Source: Nymphaea colorata (lineage: Eukaryota). Taken from it: DNA of 64,000 nucleotides. Positions 26,001 through 36,412 of this stretch are shown piece after piece. The stretch lies in contig NC_045138.2 in NCBI RefSeq assembly GCF_008831285.2, positions 8,618,001 through 8,682,000 on the forward strand, read 5' to 3'. Each line of letters begins with the position of its first letter. Within the stretch, counting starts at the first letter, position 1. A program made the position numbers and the translations under genes. The notes beneath the pieces are model-generated. The model was not told the DNA's origin and made no database searches. It saw only the letters and a program-made list of their open reading frames with translations.

Positions 26001-29000
26001 TTACATTGAACTACACAAACTCATCCTCTTAACATGTTTAAAGAACATACCAGATGTTAGCGCTTTAGTAAGAGGATCTGCAACCATATCTGTAGTTCCA
26101 ATGTGTTGAATACACACTAGTTGATTCTTTGTCCTTTCCTTAACAACAAAATACTTAAGTTCCATATGCTTACAAGAAGTAGTACTTTTGTTGTTGTTGG
26201 AAAAGAACACTGCAGCTTCATTATCACAGTGAACCTTAAGTGGTCTCTCAATAAATTCCACTATCTTGAGCTGTGAAATGAAATTCTTTATCCAAATTGT
26301 CTGTGATGTAGTCTCATATAATGCAATGAATTCTGCTTCCATGGTGTGAGCAGCAGTCACAGTCTGCTTTTTGCTCCCCCATGAAATGGCACCTCATGAT
26401 AGAAGGAAAACAAAACCAGTAGTAGACTTCCTACTATCGGCACATCCTCCAAGATCGGTGTCAGAATAGCCAATCACTTCTAAATGGTCCACCTTGCGAT
26501 ATGTCAACATGTAATCTTTTGTCCCTTATAAGTATCGCATGACTCTCTTTACGGTCTTCCAATGTGCCATGCCTAGATTAAATTGAAATCTACCAACCAT
26601 GCCAACAACAAAGGAAATGTCAGGCCTAGTGCAAATCTGCGCATACTGCAAGCTGCCAACCGCTGATGCATATGGAATGTTGATCATTTGTGCCTTTTCA
26701 AATTCGTCCTTTGGACAATCATTTACGCTCAATTTATCCTCTTTAGCTATGGGTGCCGAAGTAGGAGAACAATTCTCCATCCCATATCTCTTAATAACTT
26801 TATTGATGTATGCTGATTGGGAGAGACTTAAAATCCATTTAGATCTGTCTCGACGAATCTCAATGCCGAGAACAAATGAAGCCTCACCCATGTCCTTCAT
26901 CTCAAAATGAAATGCGAGAAAATGTTTGGTTTCTGTTAGCAATTGAAGATCATTTGAAGCAAGCAAAATGTCATCCACATATAAAGTCAAAATTATGAAC
27001 TTACTCCTACATGTCTTAAGATACACACATCGATCAATAATGTTTTCTGTAAACCCAAAAGTCGTAATGACTTCGGAAAACTTAATGTACCATTGACGTG
27101 AGGTCTGTTTAAGTCCATAAATCGCTTTATTAAGTTTGTATACCAAATGATCTTTACCACTCTCAGAAAACCCTTGAGGTTGATCCATATATACCTTTTT
27201 ATCCAAATCACCATTCAAGAAAGCCGTTTTCATATCCATCTGATGTAGCTCTAAGTCAAAATGAGCTACAAGTGCAAGGACAATCCTCATTGACTCTTTA
27301 GCAGAGACAGGTGAATATGTCTCATTATAGTCAATGCCCTCCATTTGTGTGAATCCTTTAGCAACTAATCTTGCCTTGTATCTCTCTATGTTGCCTTTAG
27401 AGTCCCTCTTGGTCTTATAGACCCATTTACATCCTACGGGTTTTATTCATTTAAGCAACGATACAAGACTCTATGTTTGGTTTTTAGCCATAGAGTCAAG
27501 CTTTTCTTTCATGGCATTAATCCAGAACCTGTATTGTTTGCTTTCAACGGCTTCATTGAATGTGAAATGATCATCATCAACATCTATGAAATCACTAGGC
27601 TCTTGTAGGTATACCACATAGTCTGATGATATAGCAGATCTCCTGGCTCTTGCAGATCTACGAATAGGTAATTGTTCATTTTCAATTTGTATGTCTACAT
27701 TCTGTTCGTATTCATCAGTATGATCTACATTTAATTCATTTGAATCTGATGCATTACCTGTATGATTTGCATTCATGTCATCCTGGGAGACAACATAATC
27801 ATACACATTTATATTCTCTTTATCAGGTCTACTTTCAGTATCCTGTATTTCCTCAAAAGTGAGGTTTTGTAATGCATCTAACCCAAAAGAGCCATCTTCC
27901 AGGAACTTAGCCTTATCTGTTTCCACAATATGTGGTGTATGAGATGGACAATAAAACCTATAACCTTTCGATCTTTCTGGATAACCAATAAAGAAACCAC
28001 TGGTTGTTCTAGGATCAAAGACTTTTATGTAGGGGTTATACAATTTAGCTTCAGCAGGACATCCCCATATGTGCATATAAGAAAGAAAAAGGTTTCCTAC
28101 ATGTCCATAACTCGTAAGGAGTTGTAGGAACAGCTTTAGTAGGAACCCTATTTTGGATATGCACTACTGTCCTGAGAGCTTCACCCCACAAGGTTAGAGG
28201 GAGAGTAGAGTAATTTAACATAGCTCGAACCATTTCTTTAAGTGTACAATTTCTTCTTTCAGCAACACCATTTTGATAGGCACTGCCTGGCATAGTGTAT
28301 TGAGGCACAATGCCTTCTTCCTTTAGAAATCGCACTAATGGTCCATCCCTTTGTCCCATCTCAGTAAACCTACCATAATATTCACCACCTCTATCTGATC
28401 TGACTATCTTGATAACCTCACCGGTTTGTTTCTCTACTTCTTTTTTATAGTCCTTGAAAACTTGACACACATCGGATTTTTCAAAGATTAAGTAGAGATA
28501 CAAATACCGAGAATAGTCATCTATAAAGGTGACAAAATACTTTTCGCCTGTGTAACAAGGAGGGAAAGGTCCACAAACATCTGTGTGAACAATTCCTAAT
28601 CTTTCAGTATATCGCTCGGCACCTTCTTTATATATGTTAGTTTGCTTTGCCTTTATGCAATCTACACATATGTCGTTATCTGTAAAATCAAGATATCGTA
28701 AGATCCCTTCATTTATGAGTCTCCTTATTCTCTTTTCAGATATATGACCCAAACGGCAGTGCCATAGCATGTATGAATCACCCTTTATGGTACTACACTT
28801 ATTGTCAATTATATTATGACTAGAAACTAACGATTCAGGAGATTGGATCTTCACATTCAACTTGTATAAATCATCACACAAAATAGCAGAACCAATTTCA
28901 ACAAGATCTTTATAAATGAACATTTTTGAATTTTTAAACTTTAAACAAAAATCAAATTTGTCCAGTCTTGATACAGAAATCAAGTTTCTACTATATGATG

Positions 29001-30050
29001 GAACAAAGAAAACATCATGAAGATCCAAAACAAAGCCAGTATCAAGCCTAATCTGGCATTCTCCTACAGCCTTCACATGTGAGCGCATTTTGTTTCCTAA
29101 GAAAATGCTCCTTTCATGTAGCGTTGGTTCCCTTTTGCTCAGAAAGTCCTGTAAAGAATTGGTAATATGCACAGTAGCACTAGAGTCAATCCACCAGCTA
29201 TTAATAGGAACATGTAACATATTACTTTCAAGTGAAACAAATAACATGCTACATTTCTTTTCTAACCAATTCTTATACTTGATGCAGTCTGACTTCTTAT
29301 GCCCATTTTTCTTGCAAAAAAAAATACTTTATAGGAGCTAAGTTAGTCTGCGCAGTTTGAGAAGTAGGTTGACTTGATGACTTCTTCTTGGCACTCCTTT
29401 TCATTAAACTTTTCTTTATTCCAACTTTACCAGCCCCAGAGTGAGAAACCATATGTGAACTTTGCAACTTCTCACCCTTCATCCTTTCCTCCTCTTCAAC
29501 ACACTTAGACATCAATTCATTGAATGTCCATTCAGTATTATGTGTGTTGTAACTGATCTTAAAATGAGTGTATTCAGCTGGTAAAGAGGTCAAAGTAAAG
29601 AATACCAATAAAGATTCAAAAATAGTCAACTTCATGTCATTCAATTGAGAAGCAATGTTCTTCATTTCTAACATATGCTGGCGAATGTTACCCCCTCCTT
29701 GATATTTCATAGATATTAACTTTGACATTAGGCTACTAGCTATGGCTTTATGAGAACTGACAAACTGAGCCTCAACTGCATCCAAGAACTCTCTCATCGA
29801 TCTATAAGGTGGGATAGCACCACATATGTTCTTAGCGACCCTTGATTGCAAAAGCAACAAACTTAGTCGGTTAGAACGCTCCCACTTGTCAAAATACACT
29901 ATTTCATTATGTGTACTTTCTGGTGTAAGAGGTGGTGGCTTAGGTCGCCTCAAAGCCATATCCAGATCCATATTTCGTAATGTAAATACAACATTTTCTT
30001 TTCATTCAGCATAATTGGAATCATCAAGTAAAAGGATAGAATTTGAGCCG
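26001..30050 (-). pseudogene. Copia gag-pol of element 2, with several frameshifts and stops
   Basis: MDLDMALR/WERSNRLSL gag (29297-29971). WWIDSSA protease, [23 protein letters not shown] integrase (28051-29247). SH3-like region (27471-28076). QMDMKTAFLNG/YVDD RT (26526-27344). RNase H ADPLTK (26001-26360). Confidence 0.93.
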
Positions 30051-30178
30051 TTAAAATAAATAGAACCAGACACTGCAGATGACAAAAGATATCTATAAGT
30101 TGACATGCATTATATGAGACAAACCATATGAAATAGTAAACCAAATAAAAGGCTCTTTATGTCTACTATTTTCAACAC

Positions 30179-30485
30179 AAATACTCGGGGTCATTATGAT
30201 ACTACTTTGGTAATATACCTAATACACACATGTATTCCGTCTTAACTTTATCTATTAAAACTAAGAAATGTAAATCCAAACTATAGTTAAGCATAACACC
30301 TTTGGGTGTAAAATGACAGAACTATGTAATGATCTATTTTCCTATTTTATTCTACTTATTATCCTGAACATAGCACACTACTTTTGGGTAATTATGCTAC
30401 TTCAAATGAGAATAAGTACAACATGAAATACTAATGTGCCTTTAAATCATGCGTAGTCACTTTGGTGAGGTATAACATGATTTAA
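30179..30485 (-). promoter_or_regulatory. Array of four predicted RNA stem-loops with CAAA-type loops upstream of gag (element 2)
   Basis: Inverted arms: ttaaatcatg/catgatttaa (30442-30451/30476-30485) with tcac-tttg-gtga; tacttatt/aataagta (30353-30360/30411-30418); atagtt/aactat with acacc-tttg-ggtgt (30283-30325); a weaker tac-tttg-gta hairpin at ~30206. Confidence 0.6.
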
Positions 30486-30689
30486 CTAATTATAGGCTCC
30501 TTACATTAGCGTTATCGTACAACTTTATGATCATGCAATAAAAATTAACTTTAGTATAATCCTAAACAAAACAGGATACAAGAATATAATATGTCATAAT
30601 AACACATTTAAAATGAAACACACGAATTATTTCTGGATAATCAACTTAATGCTATCTAAATTGTTCATTAAAGCTCCATAAAACATAAT

Positions 30690-31090
30690 GAATCGGTCCT
30701 GTATCGATCTAAAATGATCGAACCAATCCATTAAACACCTTAAATGGGCATAAAAACCCATATACCAGCTTCCTCTAGCTTAGAACCGGTCCCGTATCAG
30801 TCCTAAATGGACCGAACCGGTGGAAAACTACATGAACCGGTCCGAAAAGGGAAAGAACCGGTAACAACTCTGAATCGGTTTGAAAAAGCCTGAATCGGTT
30901 TTGAAACTGAATGAACCGGCCTGAAAATCAACTGAACCGGTCCAGAAAAGATCCTAACCGGTTCCAAAATGTTCGAACCGGTCTTGAAACGGACCGTATC
31001 GGTTCTGAAACGGACCGAATCGGTTCTGTTTATAAAATCAGACCGAATGGATACGGTTCGGGTCCGACAGGACCCAACCTGATCCGAAAA
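30690..31090. repeat. Degenerate short tandem array (gaaccggt/gaccga units) in the 5' leader of element 2
   Basis: Repeated aaccggt, gaatcggt and ggaccga motifs with ~10/20-bp spacing. Confidence 0.75.
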
Positions 31091-31696
31091 ATCTAAAAGA
31101 AAGCGGGCGGAATGGCGCGGGCGGGCGTTAACGAAAACATTTTTTTTTTTAAATCTTTATGAATCCGGGTCGGGTCAACATGACCCGACCCGGGTCCGAC
31201 CCACCCCGCCTTTCGCCCGACCGGCTCCCGCTCGACCGTCTCGAGCGTTTCAGGCAGCGAGAACCGCCGCTCGCCTGCCAAAGAGCTGAACGGCAGGGAA
31301 CGACGGAAACGCCTCCGGCAGGCTTCCGAGTGGGCGCCGGCGGGTCACACGATGCCGCCTAGTGACGGCGAAACCATCGGCGGGCCTCTGACCGGCCGAC
31401 GCCCTCCCTACCGTCGTCTGTCCCTGTGCCCTAAGTTTTCTGATTTGGGCATGACCGGTGGCAGCGGGAGGGCAACGGGCGATTGGGTGGACACCGGCGG
31501 GTGCCGTCAAGGCCGTCCGGCGACGGCAAAACCCGCCGGTGGCCTCCCTTCCTGCAATCGCCCTTCAATGGAAGCCTTCGGTCGCCTTCGCCTTTCCCTT
31601 TCCTTTTCTTCAACGCTTCTGCCCTATTCCCTTTGCGTGAAGACAAAATGCAAAGAGAAACGCACAGCAGAATCGTGGAGTGAGCCCATAACCCAT

Positions 31697-32094
31697 TGTT
31701 GGAACTTTGCTAAGAATCTAGATAGCGCACAAACGAATATGCAGAAATCGAAAGAGATATTCATGATTCATGTGTTTCATAAAGGGCGGAAGAAGAACCT
31801 GTAGAGGCGACCGCCGACTGAATGTCGGTGGCTGTGGGAAGAACGGCTACAGTCCCCATAGAGTCGTTCTCCTGCGGAGGTAGCGGCGGCGGCGGCAATG
31901 GGTTTCTCTCCTCAGCCATAGCAACCCAGTGATGGGGACAGACAATTCACGTATGGCTAAGGGGACCGATTACCCAGACGGTAAAAACTTGATATGTCTC
32001 ACACCATCACAAGACACGAGCATTTATACTTAGGGTTCCAAACGGATATGGACCCGTATCGACGCAGGACTATCCAGATGGAGAAATCCCAACA
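31697..32094 (-). repeat. 5' LTR of copia element 2
   Basis: Adjacent to the half-tRNA PBS; followed by TSD ATAAA. Confidence 0.95.
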
Positions 32095-33049
32095 ATAAAT
32101 TCTATTTATAAGGAGTCTCCAGCCTTTGCCAACTTTTAGCGCAAATCCTGGATGAAAGGAATGAGTACTTCATCCTACCACACAAGGAGAGTTGAACATC
32201 TCACCCAAACCCTTTCTCTCTTAGGGTGTAGAGTTTGCATTCGTGCCCACCCAACCCCTTTCTCTCTTAGGGTATAGTATAGAGTTTGCATTCGCCTCGA
32301 CCTACTGCCTCTTGCAGCACAAGGGGTTGGGCTGTGGGGATTTGAAATATGAACTAACTGCTTACCAGCCCCCAGAGCTGGCTCTTGTACCAACCCTTTT
32401 TGGGACCCATATAAGCTCTATTAATCTCTCTAATATTACATATATCTGCACTCCCTTTCATAATCGGTCTACAAACAGTCATCCATGAAAGCAAATGACC
32501 TTTTTTTGCTCACACCAATGACCTCCCTATACGAAGCACACCATCATCACAATTCATTTTGTTAACCACTTGCATAGGAAATTGAAAGCTGAGTCCTGGA
32601 GCTGAACCACTTGACCGATAACATATTTGAGTGAACACGAGTGCCTGCAGAAGAAAGCATCAGATGTTTCCAAGCAGCCTTCTTCTTGTCAACCTAATAT
32701 ACTTAATGTCCACAATATTATGTCTTTTTAGGCATGTTGTGCAGACCTCCTCTTTAGGGATGTCACTGGATCAGATTACAAATCACATATCTAACTGAAT
32801 TGTTTCAAAAAAGTTGGATATAAAAGAGTTTAACATCCGATTGAGAAATCAGAATGAATTCACGAGACTTAGGTTCAAATACACATGTAGTTTTCAATAA
32901 AGATCCTTAATATCCATATATTCCGAAAGTGATTTTTTAATAACTATAATCCAGTTCAAATTCAAATCAATTGTGTATTTACTTGAGAAAAATTTGAAGG
33001 TGGGATTGGATCACCTTCAGGTGTGTTGGACCCCCTCATAGCTGAGAGT

Positions 33050-33257
33050 GAGTTGCTTGCACACAACAAATATGCAACCCGAAAAAAAAGAAGAAAGTTG
33101 GGGTATTTTAGAGATTTTTTAAAAATAAATGTCCTTTTTTAATTTTTAAAATTTTTTACTATTTTTTTATAGTTGTAAGGGCTCCCATTTCCACTGGACA
33201 GGGGTATCCTCGTCATTACACTCCCAGTTTTTTATGCATCGGGTGCTGCGTATAACT
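33050..33257. mobile_element. MITE, gagttgc(a/t)tgcacac family
   Basis: Homologous to 42829-43042 (gcacacaacaaat…ttttagaga…tcattacac); imperfect TIRs. Confidence 0.6.
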
Positions 33258-33452
33258 AAGTTTGCTTATAGTTAGCCACCACATCATGTCATGTCCTTAG
33301 AAGAAGAAGAAAAAAATCTTATTTTTGTCTTTGAAGGGATGCTTTATATAGATACTTTTTTAAGGGTATTTTTCTTTTAATACATCTGAGTACACAACCC
33401 ATGTTTGGGGCCCAAACACATGACGAAATTGGGGGACTGTATGATCCAGATC

Positions 33453-33675
33453 CAGTGGCGAAGCCGCATACAAGCCAAGGCTTTCATGATTTATCAATAT
33501 ACTTGACACAAAGACATGAAGTATGGATTTTCTACGGCATAGATGGGCCAAGGGCCACAGCCCCCTCCCCCGACTTGTCAAAATACGTAATATAAATGCA
33601 TCAAGTTGACTGGACTCTGAATGAAAATTTACACACTTGGGCTCTCTCTATCCAAAATCTTTAGCTCTGTCACTG
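33453..33675. mobile_element. CAGTGGCG-type MITE
   Basis: TIR cagtggcgaagc / gctctgtcactg. Confidence 0.55.
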
Positions 33676-34157
33676 GTATCTTCTTGTGAGTTTGCGCTCC
33701 TTAGCCGTCGATCGGATCTAATCTGATTTCAAATGTATTTCACTTATCTAGATCTGAACTGTTGATAGCTAGCATGCTCTTCCTTTGTTTCTCAAGAGAA
33801 ACCTATAAAGTTACAACAAATAGTTGAAGCATCCACCCTTTTGAAATAGACAGATCTGGACTCCCAGTTTGGCAATTTGCATTTATAATCCCCAAGTTAG
33901 GAACCCGAACGGATCAGGTGCAGATCATTTAAATATATGGAAGGAAGGTTTGGATCTTGGTAAGATTTAGCTAAGAGTAATTGGATTTTCTTATCTTATA
34001 AACTTTTGATTGTTATACAACAGTGATTGGCTCTTAGAAAAGAGGAATAAAAAAGAAGAAAGAAATTAAAAAGTTAACAATCAACAAGTGGATTTATAAA
34101 CTTATACATAAAAGCTTTAATGGTGATTCACACTGGCGCTTGTGTCCTGCTTGGCTT

Positions 34158-36412
34158 TCAATTGAGAAGAATCACCAGTTCCAGAACAAGATACATAATG
34201 AAGCCTGCAAGGAAACATACCAGCTTTGCTTTCTTAGATTGACCTGAAAATATCTTATCACTGTGTATGACAATTGAAAACATGCTATACTCAAGAGTCA
34301 GGAAAGATATTTTGGGAATGGTCCCTGTCTGTTAAACTTGTAGCACTAGAGGATGATGAATGTATATTAAAGAACAGATCATATAAATTGGTTCAAATGC
34401 TATAAACCAAATTCAAACAGATGCCATTTGCATACATGGTTCATTTACTAAAGATCTACACCATGGTCTATAAATTTTGTTTGTAAATTATGAGTTAAGA
34501 AGATATCAAAGATTTTTGTGCATTATTGACCGATCTCAAAGCAGTTAAAAGCCAAAGGGTAACATGCTAAAAAGGAAAAAGCACGTATAAGGACCGAAAG
34601 GATGAAAAATTAAATGGTGCTTAACAAGTTCTTAAAATGCAATCCTTTCACGTATATGTGTGTATACCTTTGACAGTACTGAGAGGTTCAACACAAATTT
34701 TTTTAAGTAATATTTTTTTCATAATTTCTAGATATAAAAATGATCACTTTTCTAATCCATCAAGTATAGATGCACTCTCAGCTTTTATTTTCTTTTTATC
34801 CCACTTAAACTTGTTATTTATTAACAAATTAAACTTTGCAGATTACATACATTAAATTATTTTAATAATTTATTCTTTTACTTTCTAGAAAGAGATGTTA
34901 TAGTACTTTTAGGAATCAAACTAGAGATCTGCTTTCCAACAAATAGTAACTCAACCAGCTACATTATGCCTTATGAAGCAAATTGCAGCGTGTTAAATCT
35001 AAGTCTAATCATTAAAAAAATAAAAAAAAAAGACAAAAAAGTGAATCTTATATGCCTTCCAAATAATAAAAAGCAAAGAGCCAGCACATCTGGGTGGGTC
35101 AGTGCCTGTGGCTGGTTCAAACTCTAGTAGTCCTGGCCCATTGCAAAGGTTGCCACATGCCCAGACTTTTATGGGGCCATCAAATGGAGATGGACTAAAA
35201 TCTCTCAACCTGGGGGTGGTTTCTCCCAAACAAAATAAACTCAAAAAGTTTTTATAGGTCGACCAAACCCAGGGTTAAGCCTAATCACGGTGCAAATTCA
35301 TCCGCTGCCCCAATGAGGTTTGAACCCATGACCAGCCTAGCTAAGACAATTTCCCAATATTAATTTGGTCCATGCTTGAAATTATATTAACCACATAATT
35401 CTGAAAAATAATTAGGAATGAACATGCTGTAACGCACGTCACAGTGACAGTCTCACGAGGCAGAAAATTGGTGGTGAGTAGTATTAAAGCGTCAAGATCA
35501 CTTGCCTGTGAAGACGCGTGGAATATTATTGCTCTTGACTCCATGGCTCCAAAACGATTCCTGGAAGGAACAATCGGTGGAGGTGGTGACGCCAAAGGGG
35601 CAGTTGCAGGCGAAGGAATTGTAGCTCCCCACATACCCACAAACGCCATTGCTGTTCTCACACTGCAGGCAAGAAAGCGGGTAGACGTTGTTCACGCTGA
35701 AACGATACTTCAATGCAATCCCATACTTCCACTTGGCGGCATCGAGTTGCCGGTAATCGAAGTCGATGACGGCCGTATAAGATTCACACTGCAACTTCTT
35801 GAGGTCCATGTCAAAGGAGGGCCCCAGATCGACCGGCGAGTACACGCAGCAGGAGGACGCCGGAGAATAGAGCGGGAGGTTCAGCCCGACGACCGCCGGG
35901 CAAGCGTAGATCTGGCTGCAGATCGGCCCGCCACTCACGTCGCAGAGCGGGGCATTGTTCTTCTTGAAATTGTTGTTGAAGGAGTTGTTGAAGACCGGGG
36001 AGGCGGTGACGGAGCAGCCGAGGAGCGCGAATACAGTGTTTTCCGGGAAGCTGAACGGCGCGCTCCAGTCTAGAGCGAACCCTCTGCTCGGCTGCATGCA
36101 GGAGCAGGTGGAGATGGTTGGGTCTTGAATATATATTATATGGTTGCCGTAGTCTATCCACTGGATGGTGTAGCTGCCGGAGGCCGCCGTGAGAACAAGC
36201 CGTTCCCGGCCTTGGGGGCTGTCGCATTTGCATGTGACGAAGTTTTGGAAGCGGGGATCGCCGCAGCCGGGGCCCGTGCCGAAGGGGTAGCGGATTGGAA
36301 GGTCGCCGCAGGAGCTCTTGCAAGCTTGAGAGAGGACCGGAAGGGGACCTGCAATAAAGAATGAGAAGAAGAAGAGAGTGAGGTTGAAGACGGAGGAGGA
36401 CAGAAAAGTCAT
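34158..36412 (-). CDS. Wall-associated receptor kinase-like extracellular protein (GUB_WAK_bind plus WAK_assoc, no kinase; At1g10380-like)
   Basis: Exon 1 is 36412-35506: signal peptide, CKSSCGDLPIRYPFGTGPGCGDPRF, DPTISTC, CENSNGVCGY…FACNC. Proposed GC-AG intron leads to a short exon 2 (34243 or 34204 to 34158) encoding the hydrophobic tail GFIMYLVLELVILLN*. If unspliced, the ORF stops at 35498. Confidence 0.85.

Larger units (their letters stand above)
25403..32094 (-). mobile_element. Full-length but decayed Ty1/copia element 2 (Bianca-like), nested in the LINE
   Basis: 398-bp LTRs at 25403-25800 and 31697-32094 (about 21 mismatches counted by eye). TSD ATAAA at 25398-25402 and 32095-32099. 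PPT AGTGGGAGAT at 25801-25810. Half-tRNA-iMet PBS at 31662-31695. Confidence 0.95.

Noticed and set aside
29297..29345. Possible programmed gag/pol frameshift in element 2
   Set aside because: The shift falls in a mononucleotide run inside the zinc knuckle of a copy with several other lesions; slippage decay is the simpler explanation.
31093..31804. Cluster of GC-rich ORFs (also 55691-56550)
   Set aside because: These are stop-poor frames in the CpG-rich retrotransposon leaders; the peptides are low-complexity and not shared between the two elements.
35444..36364. Overlapping antisense or alternative-frame ORFs over the WAK-like exon (likewise 44971-45540 over thaumatin)
   Set aside because: Shadow ORFs of GC-rich coding exons.
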